Below are positions 9,487 to 18,865 of a stretch of DNA of 64,000 nt, one piece after another. Both the position numbers and the translations under genes were made by a program. Numbering within the stretch: position 1 is the first letter of the stretch; the number at the start of each line of letters is the position of its first letter. A model generated the notes under the pieces. It saw nothing but the letters and a program-made list of their open reading frames with translations, did not search any database and was not told the DNA's origin. Source of the DNA: Gammaproteobacteria bacterium (GTDB taxonomy: Bacteria; Pseudomonadota; Gammaproteobacteria; JAJFKG01); the NCBI GenBank assembly GCA_965116795.1, contig OZ220716.1:1962503-2026502 (forward strand). The letters run 5' to 3'.

Positions 9487-10848
9487 ATGAAGACTATACG
9501 AGAGCCAGCGGTTGCTGGGAAATTTTACCCAGCACAGGCGAGCGAATTAACAAAGATGGTGGCAGCTTGTCTGAAACAAGCCAACCCAATGGCAACATCA
9601 CCCACTTATTTGCCTAAAGCGATCATTGTTCCCCATGCTGGGTTTATTTATTCAGGCGAGATTGCGGCAAATGCCTATGCTTGTTTAACCACGTTATCTG
9701 ATCAAATTAAAAAAGTCGTATTATTAGGACCGGCACATACGGTTGCATTTCATGGATTAGCTGCAAGCAGTACAGCCTGTTATCGAACGCCATTAGGTGA
9801 GGTCAGCATTGATCAAACATTACAACAACGCGTACTGGCATTACCACAAGTGCGTGTGTTTGATGATGTACATTTTGCTGAACACAGTTTAGAAGTACAA
9901 TTACCTTTTTTACAAACATTGTTAACTGATTTCACATTGCTTCCTTTGGTTGTTGGCAATGCAACACCTGATAAAGTTGCTGAAGTATTAGAAACCGTAT
10001 GGGGTGGTGATGAGACGTTGATCGTAATTAGCTCTGACTTGAGTCATTACCATGATTATCAAACTGCTGTTGCCAAGGATAAAAACACCAGCGATGCGAT
10101 TATTGAATTGCGTTACCAGGCATTAGCACATGACTGTGCGTGTGGTCGTAATTCGATTAAAGGATTATTATACTTAGCGCATAACATTGAGTTAGAAGGG
10201 CAGTTGCTGGATTTGCGTAACTCGGGTGATACGGCTGGTGATAAACAACGGGTTGTTGGCTATGGTGCTTATCATTTCTTTCCACTACAACATTATAAAA
10301 CGGCCTATGCAAAACCATTATTACAATTAGCACGCAATGCTATTGAATTTTATTTTCAGCAACAACGGATACCACACGTTAAATTGACAACGGTGCCGAT
10401 GGTATTGCGTCGACCAATGGCAACGTTTGTCACGATTACCTTAAATAATCAATTACGAGGTTGTATTGGTTCATTAGAAGCAGTGCGTCCATTAGCCGCC
10501 GATATTGTGCATAACGCATTTCAAGCGGCCTTCCATGATCCGCGTTTTCCTTCGTTGACGAAGTCGGAATGGCAACAAGTAACATTATCTATTTCTATTT
10601 TGTCAGACAGTACTCCAATTGACTTTACCAGTGAAGCAGCGTTAATCCACGCATTGCGACCGCATATTGATGGAGTGATATTAACTTACCATCAACAACG
10701 TGGTACATTCTTACCCTCAGTGTGGCAATCATTGCCGGATCCACGACAGTTTTTACATCATTTAAAACAAAAAGCAGGACTGGCTGCAGACTTTTGGTCA
10801 AATAACATTTGTGTAAGCCGTTATACTACCGAAATTATTGAAGAGTAG
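9487..10848 (+). CDS. amrB: AmmeMemoRadiSam protein B (Memo) fused to protein A (AMMECR1 domain)
   Basis: IREPAVAGKFYP, PHAG, EHSLEVQLPFL, SSDLSHY, VVGY, then LRGCIG and TFLPSVW of AMMECR1. Confidence 0.93.
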   Translation: MKTIREPAVAGKFYPAQASELTKMVAACLKQANPMATSPTYLPKAIIVPHAGFIYSGEIAANAYACLTTLSDQIKKVVLLGPAHTVAFHGLAASSTACYRTPLGEVSIDQTLQQRVLALPQVRVFDDVHFAEHSLEVQLPFLQTLLTDFTLLPLVVGNATPDKVAEVLETVWGGDETLIVISSDLSHYHDYQTAVAKDKNTSDAIIELRYQALAHDCACGRNSIKGLLYLAHNIELEGQLLDLRNSGDTAGDKQRVVGYGAYHFFPLQHYKTAYAKPLLQLARNAIEFYFQQQRIPHVKLTTVPMVLRRPMATFVTITLNNQLRGCIGSLEAVRPLAADIVHNAFQAAFHDPRFPSLTKSEWQQVTLSISILSDSTPIDFTSEAALIHALRPHIDGVILTYHQQRGTFLPSVWQSLPDPRQFLHHLKQKAGLAADFWSNNICVSRYTTEIIEE

Positions 10849-10884
10849 TCATTCTTTTGTAGAAACGTTTTAAGGAGTTAGTTT

Positions 10885-11541
10885 ATGTCTAAAGAATTAT
10901 TTGAAGCGATTAAAGCGCGAGATAAAGATAAAGTTGAACATTTAGTAAAGCAAAATCCTTCAATTGTTAATGCAAAAAACAAATTTGGTCAAACACCTCT
11001 GTATCTAGCATCCTGGTTTGCTGATGATAATACAGCTATTATAGAGTGCTTAATCGAAAAAGGTGCTGAGGTTAATAAAATAGTAGGACCACTTGGCCAA
11101 ACACCTCTGCATATGGCTGTTATAGTGGAAGGGATAGAAAATGTGAGGGCATTGGTCAAAGCAAATGCTGATACAAATATAAGAGACGTAAATGGTCAAA
11201 CACCGCATGACCTTGTTATGATAGCAATTAGGGGGCTTGTTTATATTAATCCTGCTGAGCAGGATGCTTCAATAAATAGGAAGCAAGCAATACTAGATTT
11301 GTTAAAAGATGGTTACCAGCATAAAGTAAAAAGGGCAAGATCATCGAAATCGGAATCACCTACCGTACCAGTTAGACAGCATCCTCCTTCCTCGTCTAGT
11401 AGTAGTGCTTCATTTTCAGCATCGATAGTAACTAATAGTCCTGTATTTAATAGTTCTAGTTCATCAGTATCAGATTCATTAGAACAAACAGTGACACCAT
11501 CGCCAGCAGCATCAACACCACCAAGTTCACCAAAAGGGTAA
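10885..11541 (+). CDS. ankyrin-repeat protein with Ser/Pro-rich tail, effector-like
   Basis: GQTPLYLA, GQTPLHMA and GQTPHDL ankyrin motifs; AAGGAG RBS. Confidence 0.88.
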   Translation: MSKELFEAIKARDKDKVEHLVKQNPSIVNAKNKFGQTPLYLASWFADDNTAIIECLIEKGAEVNKIVGPLGQTPLHMAVIVEGIENVRALVKANADTNIRDVNGQTPHDLVMIAIRGLVYINPAEQDASINRKQAILDLLKDGYQHKVKRARSSKSESPTVPVRQHPPSSSSSSASFSASIVTNSPVFNSSSSSVSDSLEQTVTPSPAASTPPSSPKG

Positions 11542-11678
11542 TTTGCTATGCTTTATTAAATAAAGTTGAACATGGCGTTAATTATTTAAAAAGTACGCTC
11601 TAATTAAATAATAATAATTAGATTTCGTCATCTAATAAACAAAAAACGCCATACGCAGGTTTTACGAATTAGGCAATA

Positions 11679-13205
11679 TTAACTTTCATAGCCTAATCCT
11701 ATAGAACTGTCCTCAGTCTCACTGTCTACCTCTATTAACATGCCATTTGCTGCATGTAACATTTCAGGATCACTATCGTAAGAATGGGAAGGAGCAAGTT
11801 GTTGAGTATCGCTAAACAATGAATTTGCAATACTCTCTACAGGATCATTAGCATTAGAATCCGTTTGTTCTGCTTCATCGTTAGTATTAGCATTTAATAA
11901 GCTCATTTGTTCTTCTTCAATTGCTGGAGGCAACCAGCTCAAACGATGCTTTTTATCTTTGAATAGTTTTCTAAGTACTACATTTTTTTCAAATTGCACT
12001 AAGTCTTCTATTTGTTGAGGAGTATAACGTTGAGCACCAGTTAAAGGAGCTAACGTCTGATTAAACGCTATTAAGGCATTCGCCAATGTTAAAGGCATAT
12101 TTGAGTTAACATCGCCATTTTCTTCTTCTGTTGTCAAGACAGCACCTTTTTCGATAAGAGACTTTAAGACTTGCATTTTAAATGGTGTTGCGCCTGTTTC
12201 AATGGCAATTTTGAGTGGTGTTCTACCACCTAAATCTGGCATGTTAATATTATCATCCGTTATTAAATAATTAACAATCCCAGCTGTTAAATTACTGACA
12301 GCAAGATGTAACGGAATATTGCCTAAAAGATCTTGTGTGTTCAAAAAATCAAATTGATTGGTAGTAGAGGATATAGATTGGGATGAAGAGTGCTTAACAA
12401 TAAATTGTCTTACTTTTTCGATATCATCATCTACTACGTTTTTACCTTCAAATGTTTCATATTCAGATATGAACATATTAGCTGTTTTGTTATAAATAGC
12501 TTTCATAGCAAGGTCTGATATTATTTCATGCAGTGGAGATTGACTGGTAGAAACAGTCTGTTGTGTAGACTCAACCTTTAAAGAAGGAAAAAATGTTAAG
12601 CTATTACTCATTGGTGAAGATGAATTAGGTGGTGTGACGTTTACTTGTTCTTTACAAACTCGTTTATTTTCTGGTGCTAATGAAGCAGGACTCTCTAAAC
12701 TTGCACCATCAACTTTGCGTTTCAGTTTAACATGTTGGTCTATACTATTGGGCGTCAGGATTAATTTTCCATTATCTAGATGCAAACTGAGTGGGAAAGC
12801 ATCGGACGGATACGTTTTATAAATAATCTGTTGTATATCGATAATCAGTGTCGATTCTTCTTTACTATTTTCCTCCTGTAATTCAGGTAAATTGATAATA
12901 ATGGTTTCTCCCCATTCTTTTTTGGCAAACACTAATCCCAAGTCTGTAACCAATTGATTGATGACAGAGTTTATATCCTCATATGAACTGTCTTTTTCAA
13001 ATTGGAAGTGCATGTAAGCTGCATAGTAAGTTCTATTGCCGTCATCAGCTTCTACCCAAAAACTTTGTACAATTGTTGTTATGTTTGTAGTGATTTTATC
13101 TCCACTCTCTGCTGCATCTAGGTAAGCCGTACCTTCATGACTTAATTTCTTATATTGGAGGGAAGAAATAATTGAAAATTTACTTGTATTTGGCATAGCA
13201 ATCAC
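11679..13205 (-). CDS. ankyrin-repeat protein with novel N-terminus and acidic C-terminus, effector-like
   Basis: GNIPLHLA and GRTPLKIA ankyrin motifs; long ORF; acidic tail. Confidence 0.8.
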   Translation of the reverse strand: MIAMPNTSKFSIISSLQYKKLSHEGTAYLDAAESGDKITTNITTIVQSFWVEADDGNRTYYAAYMHFQFEKDSSYEDINSVINQLVTDLGLVFAKKEWGETIIINLPELQEENSKEESTLIIDIQQIIYKTYPSDAFPLSLHLDNGKLILTPNSIDQHVKLKRKVDGASLESPASLAPENKRVCKEQVNVTPPNSSSPMSNSLTFFPSLKVESTQQTVSTSQSPLHEIISDLAMKAIYNKTANMFISEYETFEGKNVVDDDIEKVRQFIVKHSSSQSISSTTNQFDFLNTQDLLGNIPLHLAVSNLTAGIVNYLITDDNINMPDLGGRTPLKIAIETGATPFKMQVLKSLIEKGAVLTTEEENGDVNSNMPLTLANALIAFNQTLAPLTGAQRYTPQQIEDLVQFEKNVVLRKLFKDKKHRLSWLPPAIEEEQMSLLNANTNDEAEQTDSNANDPVESIANSLFSDTQQLAPSHSYDSDPEMLHAANGMLIEVDSETEDSSIGLGYES

Positions 13206-13259
13206 CTCTTGACATCATTATTATTTATTGTTGTAATGCTTTGAAATAATGGAGTATTT

Positions 13260-13673
13260 ATGCATTCTCACTTTTTTAATTCTATCTATAAAAAATTAAC
13301 TGCCATGAGAAAATCACTAGATGAACCACTGGATTCAAAACAAATTCAACACATTATAGCTGAACTCAGTACAATATTACAGCAGATTTTGTCCATTGAG
13401 CGGTCCTCATACTCTGAGCAATTCTTATTCTCATGGCAGCGGCAAACTTCATGTTTATTTTTATTATTCTTAGTAAAAGCTCATTTGACAGATAAAATTG
13501 ATGCAATACCGATGGACGTATATAAAGATCCTGGTAATGTACTTCAAGAATTAGGCAAACAAATAAAAGTTTGTGAGCAAAGTAATTCCCTAAATTATTA
13601 TGACAAATTAAAAGAATCTCATGCTAGCCTTGTTGAAACACAACGATCAGTACAGTCTTGCACAACACCCTAG
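13260..13673 (+). CDS. hypothetical helical protein
   Basis: 137-aa ORF with GGAG RBS; no recognised motif. Confidence 0.55.
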   Translation: MHSHFFNSIYKKLTAMRKSLDEPLDSKQIQHIIAELSTILQQILSIERSSYSEQFLFSWQRQTSCLFLLFLVKAHLTDKIDAIPMDVYKDPGNVLQELGKQIKVCEQSNSLNYYDKLKESHASLVETQRSVQSCTTP

Positions 13674-13725
13674 CTCAGTAAATCTAAGCTGAATACTGTT
13701 ATTTTTCTGAGTTAATAATTAATAA

Positions 13726-14511
13726 CTATACTGGGTGATTACTGTATCGCCATCCGCCTAACCAACCCTGATTTAAAAAGCATGGCAATAAGATAGATAA
13801 ATTAATTTGATCATTAGCTAGATTGGTTTGTAATGTTGTTAAGGGTTGTTGCTTAGCTAACTCAACAGCAACAGTGTATTCTTGATCAGTTAACTCATTA
13901 CAAACGACCTGATCATGTTGCCAGAAAATAAATAAGTTAACTCCGCCGCTATCTAAATCAATTGGAGCAGCATACTCATGATTGGATTGTTGGCATAAAT
14001 CCCAAATTTTATCGATAGGATAACTGGAGTGTAATAAGTAATGTGTGGGTTGTAGCAATAAAATAATCTCATCTTTTTTAGCATCGTCAATCAGCGCAAA
14101 CTTAGCAATGTCAAATTGACTATACTGTTGTTGCTGTTGACAACAATGCCGGTACCAACATAGGCGACATACATTAGCTAAGTAAGGTAAATCTGCTGCT
14201 GGGGGAAATGTACTGACAAAATCAGCAAAACTATCACCGTATTGGGCTAAATCGTTTGTATAACACGGTGTTTGCTTGATAAATTCATATGCCAAACCCG
14301 TGAAAAATGCTTCGCCAACCACTGTTTCACACACAGCATAAACTGCACGCAAATGAGTCGCTAATCCTTCGGTAATACTGCCTTGATAAATTTGCCACTG
14401 TGTATTTGCATCGATCACGGGTTTGTTTGATAAATGCTGGGTAAACGCAGCTGGTTGTTGTTGATAAAATGCGTGAATAAAATCACGCTGGATTTGTGCA
14501 AGTGTTGCCAT
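13726..14511 (-). CDS. DUF2063 partner protein (BufC/HvfC-like)
   Basis: MATLAQIQRDF start; IYQ..., VGEAFF, YGDSFADF, PYLANVCRL; follows DUF692 gene. Confidence 0.85.
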   Translation of the reverse strand: MATLAQIQRDFIHAFYQQQPAAFTQHLSNKPVIDANTQWQIYQGSITEGLATHLRAVYAVCETVVGEAFFTGLAYEFIKQTPCYTNDLAQYGDSFADFVSTFPPAADLPYLANVCRLCWYRHCCQQQQQYSQFDIAKFALIDDAKKDEIILLLQPTHYLLHSSYPIDKIWDLCQQSNHEYAAPIDLDSGGVNLFIFWQHDQVVCNELTDQEYTVAVELAKQQPLTTLQTNLANDQINLSILLPCFLNQGWLGGWRYSNHPV

Positions 14512-15340
14512 GATGAGTGAGTACCTGTTTAGCAAGTTTATCGGCCCGCCGGGCTTCTTTAAGTAATACATCGAATGCAGGGATATTATCGTCACGTTCA
14601 ATCAAGGTTGGCACATAACCGAAGTGTGCAACAGCAGTTTGATACAATTGCCAAACCGGTGTATGAATGGCTTGATCGTGTGTATCAAATAGATAGGCTG
14701 TTTTGTCTGTATAACCCGCCAAATGAAATTGTTTGACTCGACTTGGGTTGATTTGTTGAATATAAGTGACAGGATCAAAACGTTGGTTGTGTGCTGTTAC
14801 GTAAACGTTGTTAATATCCAATAGAATAAAACAATCTGCTGCATCAGCAATTGCATTCATAAATTCCCATTCAGTTAATTCGCTGATGGTATAATCAAGA
14901 TAACGCGATGGATTTTCAATTAAAATCGGTTGTTGCAAACTATCTTGCACCTGGCGAATGCGTGTGACCACATGTTGAATGGCTTCTTCGGTAAATGGTA
15001 ATGGCAATAAGTCATGAAAGCGATGTTGTCCGCTAGACGACCAACTTAAATGATCGGAAATGTAACGTGCATCGACAGTAGTAGCTAATGATTTTAATCG
15101 TTGACAGTAATCGCTATCGATCGGATCAGTTGAGCCTAATGATAAGCCAACACCATGTAACACAATGGGATAGTGTGTGCTGATTTCACACAGTATGGCT
15201 GATTCTGTTTTGTCATATAAATAATTATCGGTGAGTGCCTCAAACCACGGCACATTCGGCTGGGTAGTTAAGATATGTTGGTAATGACAACGACGTAGCC
15301 CTATCCCAGTACCATTGATAGGGCTATCTGCAAGTAACAT
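14483..15340 (-). CDS. DUF692 multinuclear non-heme iron oxidative enzyme (BufB/MbnB-like)
   Basis: GIGLR, HGVGLSLGS, SDHLSW, DLLPLP, ENPS, LLDINNVYV, HLAG, DTHD, TLIERD. Confidence 0.95.
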   Translation of the reverse strand: MLLADSPINGTGIGLRRCHYQHILTTQPNVPWFEALTDNYLYDKTESAILCEISTHYPIVLHGVGLSLGSTDPIDSDYCQRLKSLATTVDARYISDHLSWSSSGQHRFHDLLPLPFTEEAIQHVVTRIRQVQDSLQQPILIENPSRYLDYTISELTEWEFMNAIADAADCFILLDINNVYVTAHNQRFDPVTYIQQINPSRVKQFHLAGYTDKTAYLFDTHDQAIHTPVWQLYQTAVAHFGYVPTLIERDDNIPAFDVLLKEARRADKLAKQVLTHHGNTCTNPA

Positions 15341-15347
15341 CTAATTC

Positions 15348-15602
15348 TTAACTAGATTGTTGATTACCGCCAACGATTTTGCTACATGCACCTTTAGGAA
15401 CGTATAACCAGTCCCTTGGATCACCATCCTTAGTGGCTTGGCCTTGGCATGAGTGGTTTTTCGCACCACAATCATTGTGGCCTGCTTTGGCAATGCCATA
15501 ACATTTTTCCATATCAGCGGATGCTGCTTGGGTAGGCAGTGCTGCTAATGATAAGCCTGTCGTTAGTAGAGCAAGACAAATGAATTTTGTTGACTGTTGC
15601 AT
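15348..15602 (-). CDS. DUF2282 periplasmic RiPP precursor (bufferin BufA1-type)
   Basis: Signal peptide then [14 protein letters not shown]...HSCQGQ...W..VPKGAC.KIVGG (4 Cys); GGAGG RBS. Confidence 0.92.
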   Translation of the reverse strand: MQQSTKFICLALLTTGLSLAALPTQAASADMEKCYGIAKAGHNDCGAKNHSCQGQATKDGDPRDWLYVPKGACSKIVGGNQQSS

Positions 15603-15649
15603 GAAATCTATCCTCCGTGAATTAGCATTAAATAAGCATTTTCTTTGCA

Positions 15650-15777
15650 TATACTCTTCGCGTTTTAAATTTAGGTCTTTGTTGGCTACACCTTCTCACA
15701 AAAGTCATGTATTTTAATACACTCCTGTTGATTCGAAGGCTTGCCGCCTCGCCTACATTCAAAACGCTTTGAGTATA
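15650..15777 (-). repeat. ERIC/IRU-like 128-bp palindromic element
   Basis: TATACTC...GAGTATA termini; reverse complement aligns to the 5551 and 9334 copies. Confidence 0.88.
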
Positions 15778-15789
15778 TTTCCAGTATAT

Positions 15790-16254
15790 TTAAACAGAAC
15801 GCATTTTCATGATCATATAATCGATTGATAACTTACCGCTACCATAGCACATGAGTAGTAACAAAATCATCCCCCAATTAATGTGTTGTAGTAATCCGGG
15901 TAACCCATCTACTGTCCATAAAAATGGGTAAGACATCACAGCTACTGCGTTAAACATAAAAAGTAGGGCAATGATTAAACGAGAACCCAAACCGAGTATC
16001 ACTAAGATTGGCAGCGCGATTTCAGCAACCGTGGCTAACGTCGCCGCGACGTAAGGCGATAAAATAGGTACCTGGAATTCATGGGTAAATAACATGATGG
16101 TGTTATCCCAGCTCATGAATTTTAACCAACCTGAATTTAAAAAGACATAGCCTACCCAACAGCGAGCAATCAATGCGGCTAATGGTGTGAGCCAATTTAA
16201 TATGCCTAGTAACGGACGAGTTAATCTGTCACAAAAATAAGTGTGTTGGTGCAT
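15790..16254 (-). CDS. DoxX-family membrane protein (BufD-like)
   Basis: R.WVG.VF..SGW.K, EI.LP.L..LGL.SR, YGSGKLSID. Confidence 0.9.
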   Translation of the reverse strand: MHQHTYFCDRLTRPLLGILNWLTPLAALIARCWVGYVFLNSGWLKFMSWDNTIMLFTHEFQVPILSPYVAATLATVAEIALPILVILGLGSRLIIALLFMFNAVAVMSYPFLWTVDGLPGLLQHINWGMILLLLMCYGSGKLSIDYMIMKMRSV

Positions 16255-16406
16255 GATGAGAATCCTTTCTATCTATTTCCTATTCAAGGATATCGCAAGC
16301 TTATTAAAAAGCAAATCACTGGGGAATTAATAAGTCCAGTTAGATAGTTAAAGAAGATTATTAAGTAATTTGTATTTAAATAAATTACTTAAGGTTTACT
16401 CTTTAA

Positions 16407-17177
16407 TTAATTGTTTTTGATGAGGATTTGATGCAAGCCATGTAGAACTAGATCCGGTAGTAATACATCGAATAGATTGGTGTCTTTAAACAAATAAGCA
16501 AAGCCACCGGTACCGATAATAACAGGTTTTGCATTTGAAAATGCTTCTTGAGTAATACGTTGAATGATCTCTTTCACTGCGCCAAGTTGGCTAAAGTATA
16601 AACCTGCTTGAATATTAGATTGGGTACATTTACCCAATGCTACATTAGTTTGCACAATATCGACTGTGGGTAATTGATTAGTATGTTGGCATAGTGAACT
16701 CATTGCGGTTTTTAATCCTGGCATGATAGTGCCGCCTAAAAATGCGCGATCGTCAGAAATTATGGAAATGGTGGTTGCAGTACCAAAGTCAACCAGAATA
16801 ATATTGCGATCAGCAAATGTATGGTTAGCGGCAACGGTGGTTGCGATTCTATCGGCACCTACTTCCAATGGATTTTTAACAGCTAACCGTATACCCGTTT
16901 TAACCCCGGCTTTTAAGTGCAATGGGGTAAGTTTAAAATATTTAATGCACGCGCTAGTAATCGAATAATCCATTGACGGTACCACCGAGCATAAGGCAAT
17001 TGCAGTGATTGCCGTTGGATCTAATTGATTTTCCCGTAATACTTGTTTGAAAAACAAACCCAATTGATCGGAGGTATTGGTTGCAATGGTGGGATAGCGG
17101 AATCGAAATACCAATTGATCATCTTGAAAGACGCCACCAAATAAATGTGAATTACCTAAATCAAGACATAAAATCAT
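16407..17177 (-). CDS. coaX: type III pantothenate kinase
   Basis: LDLGNS, VGADR, VDFGTAT, IGTGG. Confidence 0.95.
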   Translation of the reverse strand: MILCLDLGNSHLFGGVFQDDQLVFRFRYPTIATNTSDQLGLFFKQVLRENQLDPTAITAIALCSVVPSMDYSITSACIKYFKLTPLHLKAGVKTGIRLAVKNPLEVGADRIATTVAANHTFADRNIILVDFGTATTISIISDDRAFLGGTIMPGLKTAMSSLCQHTNQLPTVDIVQTNVALGKCTQSNIQAGLYFSQLGAVKEIIQRITQEAFSNAKPVIIGTGGFAYLFKDTNLFDVLLPDLVLHGLHQILIKNN

Positions 17178-17259
17178 TGGTTAACTCCAAATTATGCGTC
17201 ATCATAGTTTCTTTAAGCAAAAAAGACAATATAAATACTATTTATACTATATTATAGGG

Positions 17260-18081
17260 TTAATTCATCTCTTGGATTAACTCATCAACAATAGGCCATA
17301 AATGATAAAAATGTGCTACAGGACCATGACCATGGCCAACGGAGCTGTCTTTAGCAGCTTGTATTGCGTGAAACAAGTACGTTTTTGCTAACTGGCATGC
17401 TGTTGCGATTGAATAACCTCGTGCAATCAATGCTGCTATTGCAGCGGATAAGGTACAACCAGTACCATGTGTATTATTAGACTCAATGCGTTTTGCAGTA
17501 AACCATTTACTATTACCTTGTTGATCAACAAACAAATCATTGGAATGTGTTGTCTGCTGATGACCGCCTTTAACTAATACGGCCTGTGTTCCTAGATCAA
17601 GTAATTGTGTTGCCATTGTTTCAATCTCATCGTGTTTGCCAACGAGTGAATACGCTTCAGGTAAGTTAGGGGTAATAATGCTAGTTAACGGTATTAATTG
17701 TTGTTTAAGGCAATCAATCGCATCTGGCAATAATAATCGATCGCCACTTTTGGCTATCATCACTGGGTCGAGCACAATCGGGATGTTACTAGCATGCTTT
17801 GCTAAGAAGGTGGCAACCTGAGTAATAATGGATGCTGAAAATAACATGCCTATTTTAATACTATCTGGTGTAATATCAGCAAAGATAGTCTCAAGTTGTG
17901 CTTGAATACTGTCAAGTGGAATGTCATAACAATGCTTAACACCACAGGTATTTTGTACAGGTAATGCAGTCAGCACCGTCATCCCATAGCAACCTAGTGC
18001 AGAAAATGTTTTTAAGTCAGCTTGTAAACCAGCGCCACCGGAACCATCAAATCCAGCAATGGATAAACATTTATAATTCAT
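17260..18081 (-). CDS. thiD: hydroxymethylpyrimidine/phosphomethylpyrimidine kinase
   Basis: SIAGFDGSGGAGLQADLKT, DPVM, TPNLPEA, HGTGCTLS. Confidence 0.96.
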   Translation of the reverse strand: MNYKCLSIAGFDGSGGAGLQADLKTFSALGCYGMTVLTALPVQNTCGVKHCYDIPLDSIQAQLETIFADITPDSIKIGMLFSASIITQVATFLAKHASNIPIVLDPVMIAKSGDRLLLPDAIDCLKQQLIPLTSIITPNLPEAYSLVGKHDEIETMATQLLDLGTQAVLVKGGHQQTTHSNDLFVDQQGNSKWFTAKRIESNNTHGTGCTLSAAIAALIARGYSIATACQLAKTYLFHAIQAAKDSSVGHGHGPVAHFYHLWPIVDELIQEMN

Positions 18082-18865
18082 GTTGTTTCTCTAAATGATA
18101 TTGCATAGTAACCCAATCAGTTTGATAAAGTGTATCGATAAAGATACTGCGATACGTGCCAGGGGAAGTGGCTATTTCACCTGCTAATGTGCCGCACAGT
18201 CCAAAATACGTTGTGGCAACATAAGCACTGTCAATATAGTATTGTTCTACTGCACTAAATGCCGCAATAACGGCAGTTAATGTGCATCCCATGCCGGTAA
18301 TATGCGCCATTAATGGGTGACCAAAGGTGACACGATGTTGTTGCTCACCATCAGTGATCACATCAGTATCGCCACTGACTACAACAACACATTGATGTCG
18401 CTTAGCAAGCGCATTGGCTGCTTGTGTTGCTTGATCGGTTGTATGGATTGCATCAACTCCGTAGGTTTTATGATGTGCTTGATGTAATGCTAGGATTTCA
18501 CTAGCGTTACCTTTGATGATATCAGCATGATCAATCAAGGCTAATCCAGCTTGAGTACGCAGTTGGCTAGCACCAACTCCAACTGGATCAAGTATGATAG
18601 GCTTTTGATAGTGTTTGGCAATCTTAATAGCTGTTAAGCAGCGTTTAATAAAGGGGTTATCTAAGGTCCCTATATTAATATTAACCGCAGCGGCTAGTTG
18701 AATCAGTTCGTCAAATTCACTCTCATCTACTGACATAATCGGTGCAGCACCCAGTGCTAATAGTGCATTTGCCATGAAATCCATGGTGACAATATTGGTA
18801 ATATTTAATATTACCGGCTTTTGATCACGTAATGTCTCTAAGCATGCTTTAATTTTATTTAGCAT
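18071..18865 (-). CDS. thiM: hydroxyethylthiazole kinase
   Basis: NITN.V..DF.ANALLA.GA.P.M, INIGTL, DPVGVGA, ITGMGC. Confidence 0.95.
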   Translation of the reverse strand: MLNKIKACLETLRDQKPVILNITNIVTMDFMANALLALGAAPIMSVDESEFDELIQLAAAVNINIGTLDNPFIKRCLTAIKIAKHYQKPIILDPVGVGASQLRTQAGLALIDHADIIKGNASEILALHQAHHKTYGVDAIHTTDQATQAANALAKRHQCVVVVSGDTDVITDGEQQHRVTFGHPLMAHITGMGCTLTAVIAAFSAVEQYYIDSAYVATTYFGLCGTLAGEIATSPGTYRSIFIDTLYQTDWVTMQYHLEKQHEL

